The position numbers and the translations under genes are program-made. The notes below the pieces were generated by a model that was not told where the DNA came from, made no database searches, and was given only the letters and a program-made list of their open reading frames with translations. Positions 52,790 through 59,719 of a DNA stretch of 59,719 bases are shown in pieces; within the stretch, counting starts at the first letter, position 1; every line of letters begins with the position of its first letter. Location: assembly GCA_051953015.1 (NCBI GenBank), contig JBQCJF010000001.1, positions 1-59,719 on the forward strand. Reading direction: 5' to 3'. The DNA is from Luteimonas sp. (GTDB lineage: Bacteria > Pseudomonadota > Gammaproteobacteria > Xanthomonadales > Xanthomonadaceae).

Positions 52790-54363
52790 CAGGGCGTCTC
52801 CAGCGCCAGCACGCCGGCGATCCCGCGGAGCGCGACCAGCTGCGCTTCCGGCACCGGACGATCGACGGTGATCGCGGCGAGCGCCTCGCCGTCGCCGCGC
52901 GCGCCGAGCGAGAAGTTGACGATGTTGATCCCCGCCGCCCCGAGGTGCGAGCCGACCAGGCCGATGATCCCGGGGCGGTCGGCGTTGCGCATCAGCAGGA
53001 TGTGCGCGCCCGGATCGAAGTCGAGCTCGACGCCGTCCAGGCGCACGACGCGCGGGCCGCGATGCAGCGTCGCCTCGAGCTCGCGCGCGTGGCCCGCCTC
53101 GTCCTCGATGCGCAGGCGCAGCAGCCGGTCGAAGCCGTCGCCGTCGCCGCCGACCGTTTCCGCGACCACGAGCCCGCGCGCGGCGGCTTCCTGCAGCGCG
53201 TTCACCGGCGTCACCCGCGTCGACGCGCCGCCGAGCAGCGAAGCGACCAGCAGGCGCGTGAGCGGCCGCGGATCGAGCGCGTCGACGCGTCCCGCGTAGG
53301 TGAGGTGCAGCCGCACCGGCGCCGGCACCATGCGCGCGGCGAGCCGGCCGAGCGCGGACATCAGCGGCATCCACGGCCCGACCTCGCGCGCGGCTTCCGC
53401 GCTGAGCGGCGGCAGGTTCACGCAACCCGCGACCGCGCCGGTGTCGAAGTAGTCCAGCACCTCGCGCGCGAGGATCGTGCTGACGGCCTGCTGCGCCTCG
53501 CTGGTCGACGCGCCCAGGTGCGGCGTGAGCACCAGCTTCGGGTGCGCGCGCAGCGGCGAATCGGCCGGCAGCGGCTCGGTGGCGAACGTGTCGAGCGCCG
53601 CGCCGGCGAGCTGGCCGCCGTCGAGCGCTTCCAGCAGCGCGGCCTCGTCGACCAGGCCGCCGCGCGCCGCATTCACCAGGTACGCGCCGCGCTTCATGCG
53701 CGAGAGGGTGTCCGCGTTGAGCAGCCGCGTCGTTTCCCTGGTGCGCGGAATGTGCAGCGTGACCACGTCGGCCCACGCGAGCAGTTCGTCGAGCGATTTC
53801 AGCGGCACGCTGCCGTGCCCGGCCGCGGACGGCGGCAGGAAGGGATCGTAGGCGGCCACGTCCATGCCCAGCCCGCGCGCCTTGCGCGCCACCGTGCCGC
53901 CGATGCGGCCGAGGCCGACCACGCCGAGCTTCTTGCCCTCGAGCTCGAAGCCGGTCAGGCCCGCCTTCGGCCATTCGCCGGCCTTCATGCCGGCGTCGGC
54001 GCGCGGCACGTGCCGGGCGAGCGCGAACAGCAGCGACAGCGCGTGCTCGGCCGCGGCGAGCGTGTTGCCGTCGGGCGCGTTCATCACGGCGATGCCGCGC
54101 GCGGTGGCCGCGTCGACGTCGATGGTGTCCACGCCGGCGCCGGCGCGGCCGATCACCCGCAGGCGGTTGGCGCCGGCCAGCGCCTCGGCGGGCACCGGCG
54201 TCGCCGAGCGCACCAGCAGCGCGTCGACGCCTTCCAGCGCCGCGGCCAGCGCGACGGGATCCTTGATGGGAGCGGGCGCGACCTCGACCGTCCAGCCGGC
54301 GTCGCGGAAGAGTGACAGGCCATCCTCGTGGATGCCGTCGCAGGCAAGCAGCTTGTTTGTCAT
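52789..54363 (-). CDS. serA: D-3-phosphoglycerate dehydrogenase (long form with ACT domain)
   Basis: VRSAT, GRAGAGVD, GLGRIG, NAARG, TPHLGAST.EAQ; C-terminal N.DRPG.IG ACT domain. Confidence 0.92.
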   Translation of the reverse strand: MTNKLLACDGIHEDGLSLFRDAGWTVEVAPAPIKDPVALAAALEGVDALLVRSATPVPAEALAGANRLRVIGRAGAGVDTIDVDAATARGIAVMNAPDGNTLAAAEHALSLLFALARHVPRADAGMKAGEWPKAGLTGFELEGKKLGVVGLGRIGGTVARKARGLGMDVAAYDPFLPPSAAGHGSVPLKSLDELLAWADVVTLHIPRTRETTRLLNADTLSRMKRGAYLVNAARGGLVDEAALLEALDGGQLAGAALDTFATEPLPADSPLRAHPKLVLTPHLGASTSEAQQAVSTILAREVLDYFDTGAVAGCVNLPPLSAEAAREVGPWMPLMSALGRLAARMVPAPVRLHLTYAGRVDALDPRPLTRLLVASLLGGASTRVTPVNALQEAAARGLVVAETVGGDGDGFDRLLRLRIEDEAGHARELEATLHRGPRVVRLDGVELDFDPGAHILLMRNADRPGIIGLVGSHLGAAGINIVNFSLGARGDGEALAAITVDRPVPEAQLVALRGIAGVLALETP

Positions 54364-54426
54364 CGGAGACGGGGCCCTTCGGGCATGGGAATCCGGGACG
54401 GCCAGACTAGCAGCTTTTCGAGCCGG

Positions 54427-56595
54427 TCATTCCGCGGGGAGGTGCATCTCCGCGAGCAGGTTCGGCGCCGGGTAGACCTTGGCCAGCAGCCAGCGCAGGT
54501 AGCGGACGTCGACGTGGATCGCGCGCTTGTAGCGCGGGTCGTACATCCAGCTCGCGCTGACCGCTTCCCAGTTGCTGTCGAAGTTGAGGCCGACCAGATG
54601 GCCTTCCGCGTCGAGCACCGGCGAGCCGGAGTTGCCGCCGGTGGTGTCGAGGTTGGTCATGAAGACGACCGTCTGCGTCTTCAGCACCGGATCGGCGGTC
54701 GTGCCGAAGTCGCCCTTCGCGATCGCGTCGCGCAGCGGCTTCGGCGCGTCGAACGGCGCGACCCCGGTGTGCTTCTCGAGGATGCCCTGCACCGTCGTCA
54801 GCGGCGTGTAGTGCACGGCGTCGCGGGGGTCGAGCGAGCTGACCTTGCCGTAGCTCACCCGCAGCGTCGAATTCGCGTCGGGGTACACCGCCCTGCCCTG
54901 CGACTGGCGGAAGCCGTGCAGCGCCGCCATGTACGCCGGGCGCAGGCGCAGCAGGTCGCCGTCGCGCGCCTTGCCGGCCTCGTCCTCGCGCAGCACCGCG
55001 GGCAGCAGCTTCGCAGCCGCCTGCATCAGCGGATCGTCCGACGCCGCCACGTCGGCGGGCGCAGCGGCGAGCAGGCCCAGGCGCACGTCCTGGTCGCCGA
55101 GCTTCGTCCCGGCGTACAGGCGCGCGATCGCGGCCGCGGCGGACGCCTCATCCGTGCCGAACACGGCGTCCACCTCCGGGATGCGCTGGCCCGCGGGCAG
55201 CTGGCGATAACGCGCCAGCAGCTGCGCCAGCAGCGCCTGCTCGACCGCGGGATCGTAGCGGCGCTGCACCTGCTTCAGCGAACCTTCGAGCAGCGCCTCG
55301 TCGCGCTGCTGGTAGCCGCGCTCGCGCTGCGCGTCGGGCTTGCCGCGCTCGGCGGCCAGCCGCTGCAGCTGCATCGCCGACTTCAGAAGCTGCGTCTGCG
55401 AGAGCATCACCCCGAACAGCTGGTCGCGCTCGCGGCTCGCGTGGCCCTCGGCCAGCAGCGCCTGGGCGGCGGCGATGTCGCGGCGCTGCGCGGCGGCGCC
55501 CGGCTGCTTCGCCAGCCACGCCATCATCGCCGCCTCGTCGGCCTGGCGCACGGCGATCGCGTCGCTGCGGCGCAGGCCCTCGAGCTCGCCCTGCGCGCGC
55601 TTGAGCCCGTTCTTCAGGCTCGCCACCTGCGAGGCGTAGCGCACCTGCGCGTCCTCGCTCGCGGCCGACGCCTGCGTGATCGTGCGGATCAGGTCCGAAT
55701 ACAGGTCCACGCGCGACGGCAGGCCGTTCTCGATCTGGTCGGCGAATTCCATCGCCATGCGGTTGCGGTAGGTGGTGCCCGGATAGCCGGCGAGCATCGC
55801 GAAGTCGCCCTCCTTCAACGGCGCCGTCGACACGGTGAGCCAGGACGGCGGCGCGTACGGCACGTTGTCCGCCGAGAACGCCGCCGGCTTGCCGTCCCTG
55901 CCGACGTAGGCGCGGTAGAACGCGAAGTCGCCGCTGTGGCGCGGCCACATGAAGTTGTCGACCTCGTCGCCGTAGTTGCCGATCGATTCCGGCGGCGCGT
56001 AGACCAGGCGGATGTCCTGCAGCTCGAGCTGCTTCACCCGGTAGAAGTCGCTGCCGTAGTCCATGTTCGCGACGCTGCAGCGGTAGCCCGCCTCCTGCTC
56101 GCACTCGGCGACCATCGCCTTGGTCGCGGCGTCGATCGCCTCGTAGTACGCGCGCCCGGTCTTGCCGCGCGCGCCGGCGAGGATGCGGTCGGTGACCTTG
56201 TCGAAGCCGGTCGTCACCCAGATCCGCGCGGCCGGGCCGGCGGAGCGCTCGGCGGCGCGGTCGGCGGCGACGAAGCCGTTCTCGATCAGGTTGTCCTGCG
56301 GCGTCGAGTTCAGCTGGATCGCGCCCATCGCGCAGTGGTGGTTGGTCACCACCAGGCCTTCGGGCGACACGAAGCTGGCGGTGCAGCCGCCGAGCGAGAC
56401 GACCGCGTTCATCGGCGCCTTCGACAGGTCGGCGAGCGCGGCCGGATCGCCCCGGTAGCCGGCGGCCTTGAGCTGGGCCGCGATCGAAGGCAACTGCGAC
56501 GGCAGCCACATGCCTTCGTCGGCGCGGGCCGGGGCGCAGGCGGCGGCGACGGCGGCGGCGAGGCCCATGGCGGCCAGGACGGGACGGACTTGCAT
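54427..56595 (-). CDS. S46 family dipeptidyl peptidase
   Basis: Signal peptide then ADEGMWLP; GGCTASFVS, TNHHC, PDANSTLR, TGGNSGSP. Start 56595. Confidence 0.93.
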   Translation of the reverse strand: MQVRPVLAAMGLAAAVAAACAPARADEGMWLPSQLPSIAAQLKAAGYRGDPAALADLSKAPMNAVVSLGGCTASFVSPEGLVVTNHHCAMGAIQLNSTPQDNLIENGFVAADRAAERSAGPAARIWVTTGFDKVTDRILAGARGKTGRAYYEAIDAATKAMVAECEQEAGYRCSVANMDYGSDFYRVKQLELQDIRLVYAPPESIGNYGDEVDNFMWPRHSGDFAFYRAYVGRDGKPAAFSADNVPYAPPSWLTVSTAPLKEGDFAMLAGYPGTTYRNRMAMEFADQIENGLPSRVDLYSDLIRTITQASAASEDAQVRYASQVASLKNGLKRAQGELEGLRRSDAIAVRQADEAAMMAWLAKQPGAAAQRRDIAAAQALLAEGHASRERDQLFGVMLSQTQLLKSAMQLQRLAAERGKPDAQRERGYQQRDEALLEGSLKQVQRRYDPAVEQALLAQLLARYRQLPAGQRIPEVDAVFGTDEASAAAAIARLYAGTKLGDQDVRLGLLAAAPADVAASDDPLMQAAAKLLPAVLREDEAGKARDGDLLRLRPAYMAALHGFRQSQGRAVYPDANSTLRVSYGKVSSLDPRDAVHYTPLTTVQGILEKHTGVAPFDAPKPLRDAIAKGDFGTTADPVLKTQTVVFMTNLDTTGGNSGSPVLDAEGHLVGLNFDSNWEAVSASWMYDPRYKRAIHVDVRYLRWLLAKVYPAPNLLAEMHLPAE

Positions 56596-56661
56596 GGCGA
56601 TCTCCGGGTTTTTCGGTGCAGCCGCTAGAATAGGCGACTTCCCCGCAAGCCCGGCACCCCG

Positions 56662-57696
56662 ATGACGCAGACCATGAAGGCGCTGGTGAAGCGCGAACCC
56701 GGCAAGGGCATCTGGATGGAGGACGTCCCGGTCCCCGTGCCCGGCGCGAACGAGGTCCTGATCAAGGTCGAGAAGACCGCGATCTGCGGCACCGACCTGC
56801 ACATCTACCTGTGGGACGAGTGGAGCCAGCGCACGATCCGGCCCGGCCTCGTCATCGGCCACGAGTTCGTCGGCCGCATCGCCGAGCTCGGCCCGGGCGT
56901 GTCCGGCTACAAGGTCGGCCAGCGCGTGTCGGCCGAAGGCCACATCGTCTGCGGCCACTGCCGCAACTGCCGCGGCGGCCGCCCGCACCTGTGCCCGAAC
57001 ACCGTCGGCATCGGCGTCAACCGCGACGGGGCCTTCGCCGAATACATCGTGATGCCGGCCAGCAATCTGTGGCCCATCCCCGACCAGATTCCGTCCGAGC
57101 TCGCCGCCTTCTTCGACCCCTACGGCAACGCCGCGCACTGCGCGCTGGAGTTCGACGTGGTCGGCGAGGACGTGCTGATCACCGGCGCCGGCCCCATCGG
57201 CATCATCGCCGCCGGCATCTGCAAGTTCATCGGCGCGCGCAACGTGGTCGTGACCGACGTCAACGACTACCGCCTGAAGCTGGCCGCCGACATGGGCGCC
57301 ACCCGCGTCGTCAACGTCTCCCAGACCTCGGTGCGCGAAGTGATGGCCGACCTGCACATGGAAGGCTTCGACGTCGGCCTGGAGATGAGCGGCAACCCGC
57401 GCGCGTTCAACGACATGCTCGACTGCATGTACCACGGCGGCAAGGTCGCGATGCTCGGCATCCAGCCGAAGGGCGCCGGCATCGACTGGGACAAGGTGAT
57501 CTTCAAGGGCCTGACGCTGCAGGGCATCTACGGCCGGAAGATGTACGAGACCTGGTACAAGATGACCCAGCTCGTGCTCAGCGGCTTCCCGCTCGGCAAG
57601 GCGCTCACCCACCAGCTGCCGATCGACCGCTTCCAGGAAGGCTTCGACCTGATGGAAGCCGGCAAGAGCGGCAAGATCGTGCTGAGCTGGAATTGA
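56662..57696 (+). CDS. tdh: L-threonine 3-dehydrogenase
   Basis: ICGTDLH, GHEFVG, CGHCRNC...C, GAGPIG, GIYGR.MYETWY. Confidence 0.96.
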   Translation: MTQTMKALVKREPGKGIWMEDVPVPVPGANEVLIKVEKTAICGTDLHIYLWDEWSQRTIRPGLVIGHEFVGRIAELGPGVSGYKVGQRVSAEGHIVCGHCRNCRGGRPHLCPNTVGIGVNRDGAFAEYIVMPASNLWPIPDQIPSELAAFFDPYGNAAHCALEFDVVGEDVLITGAGPIGIIAAGICKFIGARNVVVTDVNDYRLKLAADMGATRVVNVSQTSVREVMADLHMEGFDVGLEMSGNPRAFNDMLDCMYHGGKVAMLGIQPKGAGIDWDKVIFKGLTLQGIYGRKMYETWYKMTQLVLSGFPLGKALTHQLPIDRFQEGFDLMEAGKSGKIVLSWN

Positions 57697-57706
57697 GGAA
57701 GCCGCG

Positions 57707-58897
57707 ATGTCCCTGACCGACCGCTACGCCGGCACCCTCGACGAGATCCGCGACGCCGGGCTGTTCAAATCCGAGCGCGTCATCACCAGCCCGCAGGCGG
57801 CGGAGATCACGCTCGCCGACGGCCGCACGGTGCTGAACTTCTGCGCCAACAACTACCTCGGCCTCGCCGACCATCCCGCGATGATCGCCGCGGCCAAGGA
57901 CGCGCTGGACACGCACGGCTTCGGCATGGCCTCGGTGCGCTTCATCTGCGGCACCCAGGACCTGCACAAGCAGCTGGAAGCGACGATCGCGGCCTTCTTC
58001 GGCACCGAGGACACGATCCTCTACGCCGCCTGCTTCGACGCCAACGGCGGCCTGTTCGAGCCGCTGCTCGGCGAAGAGGACGCGGTGATCAGCGACGCGC
58101 TCAACCACGCTTCGATCATCGACGGCGTGCGCCTGTGCAAGGCGAAGCGCTACCGCTACGCCAACTGCGACATGGCCGACCTGGAGAAGCAGCTGCAGCA
58201 GGCGCGCGCCGACGGCGCGAAGCAGATTCTGGTCACCAGCGACGGCGTGTTCTCGATGGACGGCTTCATCGCGCCGCTGGACGAGATCACCCGCCTGGCG
58301 AAGCAGTACGGCGCGATGGTGCACATCGACGAGTGCCACGCCACCGGCTTCATCGGCGCCACCGGGCGCGGCTCGGCCGAGGTCAAGGGCGTGCTCGACC
58401 GCATCGACATCTTCACCGGCACGCTCGGCAAGGCGATGGGCGGCGCCCTCGGCGGCTTCACCACCGCGAAGCGCGAGGTGGTCGAGCTGCTGCGCCAGCG
58501 TTCGCGTCCTTACCTGTTCTCGAATTCGCTGCCGCCGCACGTGGTGGCCGCGGGCATCAAGGCCTTCGAGATGCTGGCCGGCGCCGGCGAGCTGCGAGAG
58601 CGCCTCGCCGCGAACACCGCGCACTTCCGCGAGCGCATGGGCGCGGCCGGCTTCGACATCAAGCCGGGCGTGCATCCGATCTGCCCGGTGATGCTGTACG
58701 ACGCGCCGCTGGCGCAGCGCTTCGCCGAGCGCCTGCTCGAGGAAGGCATCTACGCGATCGGCTTTTTCTTCCCGGTCGTGCCGCAGGGCCAGGCGCGGAT
58801 CCGCACGCAGATCTCGGCGGCGCACACCCGCGAGCACCTCGACCGCGCCATCGACGCCTTCACCCGCATCGGCCGCGAGCTCGCCGTCATCGCCTGA
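57707..58897 (+). CDS. kbl: Glycine C-acetyltransferase (2-amino-3-ketobutyrate CoA ligase)
   Basis: [47 protein letters not shown]. Confidence 0.96.
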   Translation: MSLTDRYAGTLDEIRDAGLFKSERVITSPQAAEITLADGRTVLNFCANNYLGLADHPAMIAAAKDALDTHGFGMASVRFICGTQDLHKQLEATIAAFFGTEDTILYAACFDANGGLFEPLLGEEDAVISDALNHASIIDGVRLCKAKRYRYANCDMADLEKQLQQARADGAKQILVTSDGVFSMDGFIAPLDEITRLAKQYGAMVHIDECHATGFIGATGRGSAEVKGVLDRIDIFTGTLGKAMGGALGGFTTAKREVVELLRQRSRPYLFSNSLPPHVVAAGIKAFEMLAGAGELRERLAANTAHFRERMGAAGFDIKPGVHPICPVMLYDAPLAQRFAERLLEEGIYAIGFFFPVVPQGQARIRTQISAAHTREHLDRAIDAFTRIGRELAVIA

Positions 58898-58904
58898 AGA
58901 GCGT

Positions 58905-59006
58905 TTTTGCCACGGATTGGCACGGATAAACACGGATTGGATCCAGGCGACGTGCCGTCGGTCGCATGGACCCAATCCGTGTTTATCCGTGTTGATCCGT
59001 GGCTAA
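58905..59006. repeat. ~100-bp inverted repeat; each arm holds three 10-bp CACGGATnnn units
   Basis: Left: TTTTGC CACGGATTGG CACGGATAAA CACGGATTGG ATCCAGGCGAC. Right arm reverse-complemented: TTTAGC CACGGATCAA CACGGATAAA CACGGATTGG GTCCATGCGAC. Loop of 9 bp. Confidence 0.9.
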
Positions 59007-59719
59007 AGGCTTTTTGCCGGCGAGCGAGGCGATTTCCGCGGCGGTGAGGGGGCGCCAGGCGCCTTTCGCCAGGTCGCCGAGGGCGAGGTCGCCGATGCCC
59101 GTGCGCACCAGGCGCAGCACGCCGACGTCGAAGGCTTCGAGCAGCCGCCGGATGTGCCGGTTGCGGCCCTCGTCCAGCACGATCTCCAGCCAGGCGTTGC
59201 GCGTGCCCTCGCGCAGCAGCGTCGCCGACTTCGCGCGCAGCGGGCCTTCGCCTTCCCCCGCGTCGACGCCGGCGACCAGCGCCACGAGCAGCGCGGCGTC
59301 CGGGATCGCGTCCACCTGCACGTGGTAGGTCTTGTCCGGGCCGGTCGCCGGATCGGTGATGCGCGCCGCCCACGCGGGATCGTTGCTGAAGAGCAGCAGG
59401 CCCTCGCTCGCCTTGTCGAGCCGTCCCACCGGCGCGATCCATGGCAGGCCCGCGCCGTCGAAGCATCGGTAGACCGTGTCGCGGCCGCGCTCGTCGCTGG
59501 CCGTGGTGACCAGCCCGCGCGGCTTGTTCAGGGCGAGGTGGACGGGCGCCGCGTCGCGCAAGGGCTCGCCGTCGACGGCGATGCGCGCACCCGGCGCGAC
59601 CGGGCGTTCCGGATCGCGCACCACGCGCCCGTCGACGGCGACCCGTCCTTCGGCGATCCAGCGCGCGGCGACGCTGCGTGAGCAGGCGCCGCGCCGCGAC
59701 AGCGTGCGGGCAAGGCCGT
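58983..59719 (-). CDS. RsuA/RluB/E/F-family pseudouridine synthase (5' end outside the window)
   Basis: S4-like GLARTLSRRGACSRS; NKPRG, VGRLDKASEGLLL, EGRNR.IRR, RLVR. Confidence 0.9.
   Translation of the reverse strand, partial: GLARTLSRRGACSRSVAARWIAEGRVAVDGRVVRDPERPVAPGARIAVDGEPLRDAAPVHLALNKPRGLVTTASDERGRDTVYRCFDGAGLPWIAPVGRLDKASEGLLLFSNDPAWAARITDPATGPDKTYHVQVDAIPDAALLVALVAGVDAGEGEGPLRAKSATLLREGTRNAWLEIVLDEGRNRHIRRLLEAFDVGVLRLVRTGIGDLALGDLAKGAWRPLTAAEIASLAGKKPLATDQHG

Noticed and set aside
58905-59006. Possible CRISPR array or plasmid iterons
   Set aside because: Units are 10 bp with no spacers and are arranged as an inverted repeat; no cas or rep gene nearby.

Overview
High-GC (roughly 70% by eye) bacterial chromosome segment. 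Gene content and order (gltX-lpxH, zur, purF-cvpA-dedD-folC, tdh-kbl, THX ribosomal protein, S46 peptidase) point to Xanthomonadales (Lysobacter/Luteimonas-like). It holds about 54 CDSs; I found no rRNA, tRNA, CRISPR array, integrase or transposase. The right part (43-60 kb) is mostly housekeeping. The left and middle (3.7-33 kb) are accessory-rich: a KaiC-like ATPase with a hybrid kinase, secreted hydrolases including a class A beta-lactamase, and an ABC permease-M1 peptidase fusion. The most striking signal is a low-GC (about 50% by eye) gene at 19667-22024 encoding a SIR2-like NADase + P-loop/STAND NTPase + helical C-terminus, resembling AVAST type V. It lies between hutU and a TMEM175 channel gene whose adjacent ends both show foreign codon usage, suggesting a recombination-swapped defence slot. 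A lipoprotein and a doubly membrane-anchored NERD nuclease follow on the same strand. Other notable items: a ~100-bp hairpin of 10-bp CACGGAT units after kbl, two Zur boxes around a zinc-uptake locus with no ATPase gene, LytTR-like direct repeats, and a recurring leaderless-promoter signature. All family calls come from motifs recognised by eye, not from database searches.
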